Source of the DNA: Perna viridis
Taxonomy: Eukaryota
Assembly (NCBI GenBank): GCA_037379345.1
Contig: CM074512.1
Coordinates: forward strand, 62,021,597-62,085,596
Direction of reading: 5' to 3'
Length of the DNA: 64,000 nt
In this document: in pieces, positions 38,901-50,830 of the stretch
Layout of the letters: each line of letters starts with the position of its first letter
Numbering within the stretch: position 1 is the first letter of the stretch
Program-made: the position numbers and the translations under genes
Notes under the pieces: model-generated
Told to the model about the DNA's origin: nothing
The model's database searches: none
Seen by the model: the letters and a program-made list of their open reading frames with translations, nothing else

Positions 38901-41900
38901 AAATAGAGTTTAATTTAAACATATTTTTTGCAAATAAAGCAGTAGGATTGGACACAAGTGATATTCGACTTATGAAATCCTCTACAGATACAATTGACAA
39001 CTTGTAGTTAGAGCATGATTTTATAATATACATAATTCAATATTATAGTTTGTGCATGTAAGGCAAACAATATATAAAACAAAGATAAAGATTTAAGTAA
39101 AGGGGGAGAATGTACCTTTATATGAAGAAAGGAAAAGAAGAGGAAGATGGTGGAATAGAGGACACTATAACTCTACCACTTAATAGACTAGAAATCTGTC
39201 AGATCTTTTAATAAAGTTAAGGACATTTTTAAATATCTTAATATTTTCGTCATAGCAAATGGAGACATTTAATGTTGACATAAAAAACAGTGAAACAATT
39301 GGTGAATATATAGCATTTTGTCTTTATTTGTAAATTATTTTGTTGTGGCTTGATCCAATGTTTATGAAGAAATCAATTTAATAGAATTTGATACTTAGAG
39401 CTATAATCTTAAATATTTTTATTTTGCTTCAGAGAAATGAGCTTTTTCTCATTATACCTAAAATACATGTACTTTGTTATATATGTATAAATGATAATTT
39501 AAATAAAAGATAGAAATAGCCTTAAGAAAGAGTAAATGAATGTGCATAATCAAAATACAAACAAATCAATGTTATTGTTTGTAATTAACTTTCCATTTAT
39601 GCTATACCCCAGGTACATTTGTTTGTCAAATCGTGTTTACCATAGATTTATAATAATATAATTTATTTTGCCAAATTAGTCATTACATTACCTATGCCAA
39701 GGAAGTAAATTTATTTTCTTTTATTCATGTGTGGAAATACCTAAAGTAATCATATGTAATCATGATTACTTTACAGAAAGTAATCATGTAATTGATTACA
39801 TTTTAAATTATGAGTAACTGTGATGTAATCAATTATGTTTTGTACTTATCGTAATCCTGGTGTAATCTATGACATTTAAAGGTGATCAGCCCAACCCTGC
39901 TGTTCATCATTATGACCCTTCATATTTTTTTTATTGCAAGTGCCTAAATGGACGAGTATTGGTTACACAAAATAACATGAACATCCATTGAAACAAGGGC
40001 AATAATATTCAATGATAATGAAATAGGGTATAAACTAGTATTCGGAAAATAGTTAAAGTCTTCAGTTTCTATCCTAAGCCCTAATTCAATATTAGCTCCT
40101 TGAGATGTCTGAAGATGTCTCATACATATCAATAAGCACCCATATGTCTATAAAAGGTTATTTGTAAACTGTATTAAAATATTAAAGAACAACATACAGG
40201 CATGGCAAGGGTTATACCCTACATGTACATACATATTTTGCCTCCTAGAAAAAAATACCCATTTTTTGGATAAGACTGAAAAGTAAGTGTTGTAACAATA
40301 TTTTTTATACTGTGAGAAAACATTTTCTGACTTTGGGTGGTTAAGTTGGTGAGTTTACCAATTTCTCCATGTAGTTGCACATTTAGTAAAACTATTGTAT
40401 AAACAGTTACTTTACTAATGACATTTTGCTTTTGTCTTCACATTATAGAGATACTTGACAGAACAATAACACTGGAGGACAAAGAGAGGTTAGATGGTTT
40501 ACTGACTAAGGTTGTTCAGTTCTCTAAATTTCTACAGGTATGAAGTAAAAAGTTAAGGTAAAAAGCATAAAAAAACAGATTCTTTGTCATCACGACAAAG
40601 GTGATGACTTTTCATTCAGAATTGTCAACTTTCCTTTCGTCTGTGGCAACATCCCTTCGGCTCCTGTGTAAGGAGTGTTCATATCACAACTCATACATTA
40701 TGCCAGAGCTTGCCGAAACTACGCAGACTTTTTGTATCACGCTAGAAGTCTAACAAATAGGCTTCTGGAACAGGGTTATGTTGTTACAAGATTGAAGTCA
40801 TCACTACAGAAGTTTTATGGTCGTCATCATGAACTCATGGATCATTATGATGTATCCATCAGCACCATGAGAGCTGATTTGTTCAACGGGTCATAGTTTA
40901 CCTTTCCTCGTTTGTCTACCCTGGACTTGACTTTTTATGAGCAACTCGGCGGGTGTTTCTAGAAAAGCAGAGGACGCTTACCCTACTGGTGCACCTGGTC
41001 CATGCTCCCAGTTTTTAGTGGAGTCCGAGTTGCTTATTTACTTTTGTAACTTTGTATGTATGATTTTAGTTACTTTATGTTCTTTGTTGTGTGTGTCTGT
41101 TTTCCATGTCTGGTCTTTGTCCCTGGATTACATTCTTTTGATTACCGCTATAACCTTGGTTCCCTTGATTACTCTTTGACATGCATGTATGTACATCTTC
41201 AGGTTATATTTAGAATTCATGATATGTCTTGAAAGTTTGTTTTTTTTCTACAGGACACATCATTGGTCCCACGAACAAAACCAAATCAATTTTAGTCTAA
41301 AGCAAAAAAAAGCCAATTTTTGGTAAAGAAAAAGTCTCACACTTTTTCAAACTTAAGTATTGTTGTATCTTTAAATCATGCAGAGGATGATTCATAAACT
41401 TATATTGATGCTAAGTACACAGGGAAAATTGCAGCATTTGTTTGTTCATATGATTAAGACTGCCATTAAAAACATGTGAAAAGCATATGCTCAAGACAAA
41501 CCAATTAATTTATGAAAACAAGTAAATAAAAATGTAGTATAATTATGTGTCTTTCTATAGGATTTTTTATATGAAGAGAATATGGTTTTCATATGATCAC
41601 ATAGTGAAAATCTGGTTATAGTATGGTGAATATTGGTGGATGGGCGGGCGCCTGGGGAAATTATTTACGTAACACTTTTCTCAGCAACTTCTTATTGCAG
41701 CCTTTTGATATTTAGTACTGGTCCCATATCTTGGGATATGATTTCAGGCCTATCGGACATCTACTTCCTGTTTTATGAAATTTAGCCATTTCTGTCTTTG
41801 ATCCGTTCTTCTGTCTTCTATTATGCACAATAACAAATATTTCCATATTGGTCCTATGTTTTGAATTATTAATACATATGATATGTTGTAATTTGTTCTG

Positions 41901-44900
41901 TGTAGCCTATATTTATTTAAAAATCCCTTTACATAATTCAAGCAATGTTATTTTTTCTTGGAATGCTGTATATTACAGGATAAATTTTTATGGGTTTAGT
42001 AAAATGGTGTACAAATTTAAACCCAACTTTCAATGACACCTTCATTTTAGAACCATTGTCTCTTACTTAGGCATTCTGAAGGATTTCCAGCCAAAATATT
42101 TCTTATAGATTATCTATGGCGGATGTCGAAATAAGTACTCTTCCTCTGGCACGCTGCAAACAATTTTCATGACAGCCAAGTCAAAGGATGTTTGCCTGCT
42201 ATGCCACCTACTTTTGGATGTTTTTTTTTTAACTTATCATAAGGGCAAATAAATTTCACTCTAAGCCAGTTTATTTTCAGGAAAGCTTGCCTACTTGACC
42301 AGCTGGGCAACTTTCTTATTTCTACCCCTGTATGGATAGATTTCAGTTTTTGTATGATTGTAGGAAGGTATTCCTGCTGTTGATAAGTTCTTAGCAAGAT
42401 TTTTACACCAATGGAATGGTGAGGATTTTCGTGTACATATATTTAGACTGATAACATACCACAGAATCTGTTCATTTCATAGTAAGTATAAATTATATAG
42501 TACTGACTGATTTAATCATATTTTTATGAACAGTTTTTTTCCTATGAATAGTCAAAAGGGCACTAACCCTTTCAAGATCTTTAAATTACTAAATTGAAGT
42601 TATTTTAATTCAAGAATTGACAACCATGCAAAATTGAAATAAATCCATTTTATACGTTTTCATAGTAAATGTAGTTGATGCTTTATTGTACGAATAGTAT
42701 TCAAAAACAATTTTTAGAAATATCCTCATTATTACATGAATTTATCAATATAAAGTTTACATTAAAAATATTAGAGCCTTTAAATACCATTTTGTGTAAG
42801 AATTTACAGGCCATGGATGGCAGGCACATCATTTTTCTCAATTTGGTATTTTTTTCCCCCAAAAATACAGTGAAACTTCTCCAAACCGGCCATCACTGGG
42901 ACAAGAAAAAATGGCCAGTTTATAGGGATGGCCAGTTTTGTGAAAAATAGCAATTCATTCTAAGAGCTGTTTCCATTAGTGTGTTCTATAACCTTACATC
43001 TTGTCAGTTTGTTGGTTGAGGCATGTTAAATGCAAATTCAAAACTTTTGGCCTTTTATTACATTTCAAAGCTTGCATCATTTGTAAATGATTTGATTTTA
43101 CAAACGGTACTGCCAACAAAATAATGTTCACGGTTTTGAAAGAATGTGTATTAAAGATCACAGGGCTATTGGTGGTATACTATTAATTATTTGTATTGTT
43201 TTCATAAATTACCAATCGAAAAAGTCTAATGATTTCACCCCTATGTTGTTTTTTCTTGGGCACATGTCACATTAATTGACTGTTAAAAGATCGTAAAGAT
43301 CATACTATTAAATGACCCCGGTTGCCTGACGTGTGTACACACCAATTAACAGCCAACCAGTGACAAAAGTGATTAAATTTGTTGTTTAAACTACTGTCCC
43401 CTTCAGTTATTATCTGTCCACTGATGTAATGCAAACTGGTCAGTGAATGAATTAATGATTACGTAATATTACATAATCATTTACAGTTTTGTTGACACAT
43501 TTATTATGGTGAACAATAACCGGGCGGCCGGAATTGAGAGGTTGTTTTTATTTGAAATATGTAACTAAAACTGTGAAAAACCAGCGGATATATGGTTTTA
43601 GGGGGTTGCCAGTCTATGGAAGACAAAACACAGATGTGTTAAGGTACATTGGGCGGGACTTTTGAAAACGGCCTGTTTGAAGGGAAGACCGGTTTTCTGA
43701 GGGTCCGGTTTGGAGAAGTTTCACTGTATATTCAGTGCATCTAGAGGTTAACCAAAATGCTATTTTATTTAAATTAATCCTGAAGCATCTGTGAAGTAGA
43801 TATTTTATACTGCTTACAATATAGGAAATAATGTGGGAAAAAATTTTCCTACCATTTTTCCATAGTGCATTTCAACTAAATTTGACCAATCTATATCTTA
43901 AAAAGGCAAACTTTGTAGACACTTTGATGGTTATTTCTGGAGATTATGAGGTAGAAATACTTGGATAATGCATTAAAATCTTATGCACATTTTGCCTGAT
44001 TCTTAGACAGAGAAGTACTTTAAAATTATTTTCACATAGCACATATATGAAACTGAGAATATACAGCCGAAAAAGATATTTTCACCCTTTCCTCTCATAT
44101 AGTATGTTACAATGTACTACATGTGTTCATAACCTTTTCAGGACTCCATGACAATGTTTTAGAACCATTAAGAAAACTTTATTTTTGTACATCAGTGTTT
44201 TTTAAGGTAAGTTACTCAATATTTCACACTATCAAATATTTTTTCAATATTAATTTGAATATATTATAAGCAGATGACATTCTATTGATTCTGTAGAATT
44301 ACTGCAAACATTGAGGGAAACTGACCTAGTTTTGGGGTAGTGTGTACACCTTGCATGTGGGAGGTCAAGAGTTGGATCCATGCCGAGTGCCACCAAAGAC
44401 TTTAAAATTTGAAGTTACTGCCTATCCAACAAATACACAGTATTTAGGGGAAAGAGTGATAAATGTTTGGCTCTGATTCTGAATGTGTCAGAGAGGGGTA
44501 ACATGCCTACCTGCAGGGTGTAGCTACTGTCTGATTCTGAATGTGTCAGAGAGGGGTAACATGCCTACCTGCAGGCTGTTGCTTCTGTCTGATTCTGAAT
44601 GTGTCAGAGCGGGTTAACATGCCTACCTACAGGATGTGGCTTCTGTCTGATTCTGAATGTGTCAGAGAGGGGCAACATGCCTTCCTACAGGCTGTGGCTT
44701 CTGTGAGCTAGAGCAATAAAGATCTGGCTCAGGGTGTTGGACTAGTATAAAGCAGGATCTATTTGATTGGTCAAATGTTCTTGTCCTGTAGTGCATGATA
44801 TAGGACATTAAAACAAAATTCTAACATGACATGTTTCAAAGCTCTTTAGACTACAGACATGGTAGAAAAATGATAAACACATGACCAACATTTGTTGTAA

Positions 44901-47900
44901 TTCAGTTCAAAATTATGAAGAAAATAGTCCTATTAGAATCAAAATAAATCATGGAAACTCCATTTTATTATTGTTTTACTATGGGCCGGCCTATTTTGGA
45001 CCAATCCATTATTGAGGTATAAATATTTCCTTCATCACTTGTTTTTCTTGTATTTATCCAGTGTCAAGTGATTCATTGTCTGACTGGACTTCTACACAAC
45101 ATGGCTGCATATGAATGGCAAAGAGTACTGGATAAAAACCAGAGGCAGGAAGAGAATGGGGAATCTGGTATTGTACTGTAAGTATCCACTAAGCCATAAA
45201 GAGAATGGGGAATCTGGTATTGTACTGTAAGTATCCACTGAACCAGAAAGAGAATAGGGAATCTGGTATTGTACTGTAAGTATCCTCTAAGCCCTAAAGA
45301 GAATTGGGAATCTGATATTGTACTGTAAGTATCCACTGAACCAGAAAGAAAATAGGGAATCTGGTATTGTACTGTAAGTATCCACTAAGCCATAAAGAGA
45401 ATGGGGAATCTGGTATTGTACTGTAAGTATCTACTGAACCAGAAAGAAAATGGGGAATCTGGTATTGTACTGTAAGTATCCACTGAACCAGAAAGAGAAT
45501 AGGGAATCTGGTATTGTACTGTAAGTATCCACTAAGCCAGAAAGAGATTGGGGAATCTGGTATTGTACTGTAAGTATCCCTAGGGCCAGAAAGAGAATAG
45601 GGAATCTGGTATTGTACTGTAAGTATCCACTAAGCCATAAAGAGAATGGGGAATCTGGTATTGTACTTTAAGTATTTCTTAAGTCAAAAAGTGAATGTGA
45701 TTCTGGTACTGCAAGTATCAACCAGACTTATGGAAAATTCAACATATGTGTTCAATCTCGAGTACCTCCAACATTAATAATGAAATGGTTTTGTCAGAGC
45801 ACAGATATGAACAAAAAATTCAAGTGTTTTTCTTGAATTAAAAAAGAATAAGTCTTGTAATTCATTCAAGAAGAGGTGAGAAAATCTAGCAAAAGATAAG
45901 TGAAAATTAACAATACGTACAATTCTTGATTGTATTTTCACTTCTTTAGTAGGTTTCTAACCTTATGGAATACCATTTTCTCATTACAGATCTTATCTGT
46001 TCCATGAAGAGACAGAAGAATTTGATGGAGTGGTGACCATTCTTGATCTAGTACATTACATCAATGAAATGTGTGTCTTAGGGCAACAGATAGAAAACAA
46101 CCACAATCTCCTAGTACATGTACACTTAAACTTCATGGAACTGGTAAGGGACTTGTCTAATTTCTGTAGGGACAGGGGTTAAGCAGTTTTATCTCACACT
46201 TGTTGGACCTGCACAAGGAATATTTGGTGTCAGAATTGGAGGGCAAGACTTGATACTTTTATGACACATTAACATTGCTATTCTACAGTTTAACCTAACT
46301 CGGTGACCACCAGTAATAAGCAATAACATGTCTTAAAAGACTAAGTTTAAAATATCCTTATTAAGTGCTTTCTATGTAAATTCTTATGTGATCAGGGTTT
46401 TGCTATCCCTTGGAATGTTACCTAAAACGGGTTTGACTGAACACAGTGCCTGTAGTAGAGGATGTTACAATGGAATACCTCACAAAGTAAATATTTTACA
46501 TGAGACACAGTTACCGATATATTTTAAATTGAATACATTTTTGTGTGTGAATTTAAAAGAACTGTTTCAGATCTAGAGGATGATATATATCAAGGTGGTT
46601 AATTTGGGCAGTTTCTTATTCATAAATCATTGTGTAGCGGTGGAGAAAGTAAGGAACATTGGTAGACCAACAACACATGCTAATTGTCCAGTAATGTGCT
46701 ATTATACTTTGTTTGTTTATATTAGATATCAAACACTTTTGTTTGTAGATACTTTTCTAATAATTTGAAAACTCCTTTTATGACAATATGGACGAAACAT
46801 CAAAATAATTTGACAATGATCACATTTGTGGTAGAATAGAATCAACTTAAGGGATAGAAATGTATTTCTCTGTGTTAAAAAGTGGAAAGCAATCCTTATC
46901 TTCTACTTCACTTAAATAAATCATAGCAGGCATATCTAAGTTACTTAAAATTTAAAATGACAAGCAAGTCCTTGCGACAATTACGATAGCTCTGTAGTCT
47001 GTGATGTGTGATTAGTCCGACACTAACAACTACTATAACAAGATTTATATACATGTATAACAGTTATTATGAATTTTGTTTTATCTGTGAACATATTTTT
47101 CCAATTTATCTAGGGATTATTCTTAAGTACTTTTTCTAATAATTATGAATTACGCTGTATAGATTTCTGCTTGTTGATCTATAATATGCATGTTTTGTTT
47201 TTTTTTAACAATTGATAAGAGATACTATAAAGGTTTAAGGATAAAAAGAAATTATTATATTTTAGGTGATATTTACTTACAAAATAACATGTTACTCCAA
47301 TTTCTATTTTGCTTAATTTTCAGGTTGCAAGTTTGTTTACACGGTTCCGACTTCCTGTTGTACCATTTCCTGGTAAAGAGATATTTGTCAGGACCTTCTT
47401 CTTAGATAATGCCATAGGACCAGCTCGTATATGCTCTATACTGTCCATGTAAGATCAGGTTATTTAAGAAAAAAGTCAACGATACTCCATTTTATCATTG
47501 TTTTACAATGGGCTAGCTATTTATGTCCCATTGTTTTACCCCAAGCGATAGTGAAGGGTTAAATAACAACATAAATGCCCAATCCATGGCAAAACCATGA
47601 TAATATGGAGTTTCCGTGATTTATTTTGATTCTAATAGGACTTGTTTCTTCATGTTTTTGAATAGACTTAGCCTATTTTTTGCACAAAAGGGCAACTGCT
47701 TTGGAGAAAAATTCCATTGTGACATCTGTAAAATTTGGTAAAATTTATCTATGAAGAAGACTGTTATACATCTATGACGTTTTACAACAGCTTTGAAACA
47801 TATATTAGAATTCTCTGTTGAATTGACTTCATCTGAGACAATGCTATAGACCTGGCTCGTACCATATCTGCCATAAACTTATTTCTTCTCTTATTAAAAT

Positions 47901-50266
47901 TACACTTGGAAATATTTGCCCCATCTTTGTAAAAGTTTATTGCATTTAATGTATTATACCCTGGCTTTATAGTAGGTATGTATTGATCATGGATGGTCAG
48001 TCCGTTCAGAACTCTTTCATTTTCTCTGCACCTACCTATTACAGCAGCGTGATATTTTGACAGAAGCTTTATGTAGGTTTGCAATATTGTTGGATTTGAC
48101 TTCAGACTGAAGTGGCATCAACTTCCTGTAACTTTGTTTATATTTTGACCATATGGTTACTGGGTTGGGAAGTGGGAGATATCCTTAAATGATTTTGCTC
48201 ACAGTTTTTCTTGTTATACATGCATTGAATATCATGGTATTTTTGTGAACTGAGCTTTAACATGTACTTTATTTTTTTTGTTCACAGGTATAAAACATCT
48301 CTTGAGCTTCAAAAGAAGGAAAAAGTTGGTTCAGAATATGACAATGTCGCAAAGAAATCTACAACAGTGTCTAAATGTAATGAACTTATACTAGATGTCT
48401 CTGATGCTTTACTTAGAAATAGAGCTTTTATCAGCAGCAATGAGGGCAGCTTCTTCAACTTTGACCCTACAGACTTCAACATCAAGGTCAAGGAGGATGT
48501 ATTTACAACCTATCTTCACCAGGCTTTCATTGGATATGCTGTCAAGTTTTTAAAAGAGGTTGGTTTAACAAAATTCAGTAGATTGCTCTTAAACTAAGAA
48601 CTGTTAGTTCAAAAATCATTGTATCCAGACAGGTAAAATATTACTACATGAATGTAAGGTTTTAATAATTGCAAATACAACCCAATCAGATTATATTTTG
48701 TTTATTTGCATTATATCTCATCTTAAAGAAAGCATCTCTTTTATGTACATCACTTCTAAATGCAGAGTTTAATTTGACTTATTTCTCCTTTTTGTTGGAA
48801 ACTTGCTTTTTAAAATGTGGATAAAATATTTATACCTGGTTTCCCTAGAATACCTTTACAATATTGATTTTCTCCCTTGAGCAGGAACATTTGCTGACAT
48901 GATTTTCTTCAGCCTTTTAAAGTCTGGATTATACCACTTGCATAGTTATCTACTTCTTGTTTACTTCTGATTTTGCCAATTATGCTTTGTTTGTTGGCCT
49001 CATTTAATTCAGGTCTGAAGCTGGTACTTGGCAGATGCTTAATATTCAGTAATGGTATAATTTATATTTTAGACCCAGCCAGAAGACCAGACTGTTCATC
49101 CAAGAGGCATAAAGGTAGGTTTTTCTTTATAGTACTTCATTTCAGAGCATATCACTAGCATATTTAAACAGCAGTCTTTATGAAACTCAGACTGGAGACG
49201 ATTCATGCATGATTTGGTTGATTTTATATAGACTGGTAGTGTTGTAATCAGGTATCATGTTTTAGGTTTTCAGTTAAAACTTGATTTGTGGATTTTTAAT
49301 TTATGTTTTAATATCAATCCATGAAAAGCATAAAATAACTGTATGTACAACAGTTTTTTTTTTTCAATGTATAAAGCTATAGTATTGCTATACTCTGATG
49401 TTTTGATGGACCTATTATGGTATTTCACGGTCCATCCATCCACCATAATTCAAAATCTCTTTTGTGATCATGAAAGGAAGGTTCCTTTTGATTTAATTGT
49501 TTTCTGATTTTCCTTTTAGAGTTATGGGACCTTTTAACACTAAAAAGGACTGGTCATACTATCCATCTGTCCCTCCATGCTGTTTCAATTGTTACACCAT
49601 TACTTGAGAACACCTTGTTTAAGTAACTTCAAATTTTACACAATTGTTTGTTTGGTCTTACAATCTGTATACTTTTTAGGGAAAATTCAAATTTAGTTTC
49701 AGAGTTATAGGACTTTTATCAATTTTTCACATGCGGCACTGTAATTTGAGAACTCCAGGTTCAATAAACTTCGAACTTTACCCGATTGTTTGGTATGATG
49801 TGTGAAAGGTCTGTGGAGTAGTTTTGATTTATATATTACACTCCAACATCCCATTTGTAAGAAGTCTTAACATAGTGCAAGAATTCTTGTATTGCTTTAA
49901 CATAACATATGAAGTGTAATATAAAAACTTTGTTCATTATTGGAATGGGCATATCATGCACTCATGGTGCAGCTGTTCATTCCATTCTTTTTCTGATTTT
50001 CCCCCTGACCTTGAACACTAAAAACTAGGGGACAGGCATATCATATGCTTTGGCACAGCTGTTTACTGAATCAAAAATTTCAGATTCATATTTTGATTTT
50101 AGTTATTTCTTTTTCTGGTGTTTTCTAGGGTGTGAGAGATGTATACTATCAGTTTTTGGAACGAGAACACTTGGATGATATTATGAAATACCAAAGAATT
50201 TTCATCAGGAGAGGTGGAAGTCAGTCAACGACCATGATGAACAAACCATTAACAGAGAAAGTTTAA
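29945..50266 (+). CDS. CENPI: Centromere protein I (CENP-I / Mis6 family), about 727 aa
   Basis: 18 phase-consistent exons: 29945-30026, 32793-32930, 33601-33719, 34421-34528, 35379-35474, 35900-35989, 36369-36512, 37051-37218, 38006-38126, 40449-40537, 42364-42481, 44142-44206, 45062-45177, 45990-46143, 47324-47448, 48288-48558, 49073-49114, 50129-50266 (TAA); total 2184 nt. Motifs LLRWILVVYDYIDRK, PYVCHLLFLLTRKEDVRLFRVRKLLNLQ, GQQPYLTGLLSIYKLYYP and PSQIGAVL match CENP-I. Confidence 0.93.
34543..34714. mobile_element. Tc1/mariner-type MITE starting 14 nt into the intron after CENPI exon 4
   Basis: TA|CAGTGAAACCTGTCTAAACC...GGTTTGAACAGGTTTCAATA|TA. Confidence 0.75.
34890..35148. mobile_element. 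Tourist-type MITE
   Basis: TAA|GGCCACACTTAAA...TTTAATTTTGGCC|TAA. Confidence 0.7.
36632..36886. mobile_element. TA-flanked foldback MITE with arms of about 100 bp
   Basis: agctagttaaaatagaccagttccaatttcaatacaaat... pairs with ...atttgtattgaaattggaactggtctatttcaactagct. Confidence 0.8.
37265..37756. mobile_element. Tourist-type MITE
   Basis: TTA|GGCTAAAAAAA...TTTTTTTGTATGGCC|TTA, with subterminal ttctca/tgagaa inversion. Confidence 0.65.
38379..38529. mobile_element. Short hAT-type MITE
   Basis: TIR CAGGGATGA...TCATCCCTG; degenerate 8-bp TSD atgtgaat/ctgtgtat. Confidence 0.7.
38538..39899. mobile_element. hAT-type non-autonomous element with GTAATC/GATTAC subterminal repeats
   Basis: CAGGGATGG...CCAACCCTG; many gtaatc/gattac motifs near both ends; flanks ctgtgtat/ctgttcat. 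Confidence 0.7.
40591..41177 (+). mobile_element. 5'-truncated Penelope-like (probably Naiad-type) retroelement: RT C-terminus plus 3' UTR
   Basis: The frame from 40594 reads DKGDDFSFRIVNFPFVCGNIPSAPV*GVFISQLIHYARAC...LLEQGY...LKSSLQKFYGRHHEL, an RT-tail motif common in mollusc retroelements. In-frame TAA at 40669; no endonuclease follows the stop at 40896. The clade call is inference. Confidence 0.75.
42868..43726. mobile_element. Intact Tc1/mariner(pogo)-type MITE, 859 bp
   Basis: Perfect 22-bp TIR CAGTGAAACTTCTCCAAACCGG and TA TSD on both sides; no transposase ORF. Confidence 0.92.
44335..44815 (+). mobile_element. tRNA-derived SINE with an internal 58-bp unit amplified 4 times (44472-44703)
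   Basis: Degenerate tRNA-like head, ccaaagactttaaaatt, core gtgtcagagaggggtaacatgcctacc...gtgagctag, tail ggacattaaaacaa. Units start at 44472, 44530, 44588 and 44646. Confidence 0.7.
45150..45720 (+). repeat. 49-bp minisatellite, about 11.5 copies, spanning the CENPI exon 13 donor
   Basis: Unit aagagaatggggaatctggtattgtact|gtaagtatccactaagccata. GTAAGT starts at 45178, 45227, 45276, 45325, 45374, 45423, 45472, 45521, 45570 and 45619; mutated at 45668. Confidence 0.95.
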
Positions 50267-50585
50267 AACATCTGGGATTCCAGAATTCTCTACAATTCAA
50301 CACCTGGATTTTTACAAAATCTGTAATCTAACACACCAGGGATTTCAGAATTCTGTGCAGTTGAACATTTATATAATCCAACATCTGGGATTCCTAAATT
50401 CTGTAGTGTTGAATGCCTAGATTTTCAAACATCCTGTACAATTTATCGCACAGGCTTTCCAAATTTTGTATAATTCAACTCCATGGTTTTCCAAAATCTA
50501 TAATCCATTACACATGGATTCCAGAATGAATACCTGTATTATCAAACACCTGGGGATTCCAAAATCTTGTACATGTATAATCTCC
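50267..50585. repeat. Degenerate tandem repeat of about 31 bp starting at the CENPI stop codon
   Basis: Recurrent aacatctgggattccagaattctctacaattc-like units. Confidence 0.6.
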
Positions 50586-50640
50586 CCCTATTTCTAGCTT
50601 CAAATTTTGACATAGTAAAATTTAGTATTTTCCAGTGGAT

Positions 50641-50830
50641 AATATTTAGCAAACAGTTTATGAAGTTGAGGGTCATTTTGCTATATATTGACTTGTTGGT
50701 TGCCCCAAAAAAATATCTGGGTGGAACATAGCTGAGGTCCATTGAACTTTTTGGGGGGGGACAACCAACTGGTCCATATACAAATGTATTGCAATTTGAC
50801 TCAAAGTATCATGAATTGTTTGCTATATTT
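50641..50830. mobile_element. Foldback element in the probable CENPI 3' UTR
   Basis: tagcaaacagtttatga...gttggttgcccc pairs with ggggacaaccaac...tcatgaattgtttgcta. Confidence 0.7.

Noticed and set aside
40937-41000. Possible SECIS element or ribozyme in the retroelement 3' UTR
   Set aside because: No proper SECIS quartet geometry and no hammerhead core; the internal stop is TAA, not TGA.
42281-42363. Alternative upstream acceptor ttattttcag for CENPI exon 11
   Set aside because: It introduces TGA after five codons; the acceptor at 42363 gives the conserved CENP-I sequence.
44335-44400. tRNA gene
   Set aside because: Only a degenerate tRNA-like SINE head; no cloverleaf can be formed.
45178-45630. 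GTATCC inside each 49-bp unit resembling a U12 5' splice site
   Set aside because: It never matches the full GTATCCTT consensus, no clear U12 branch point precedes acceptor 45989, and the U2 donor GTAAGT gives the correct phase.
45150-45720. CRISPR-like appearance of a regular repeat with slightly variable intervening bases
   Set aside because: The variable parts are near-identical variants, not unique spacers; there are no cas genes and the context is a eukaryotic intron.
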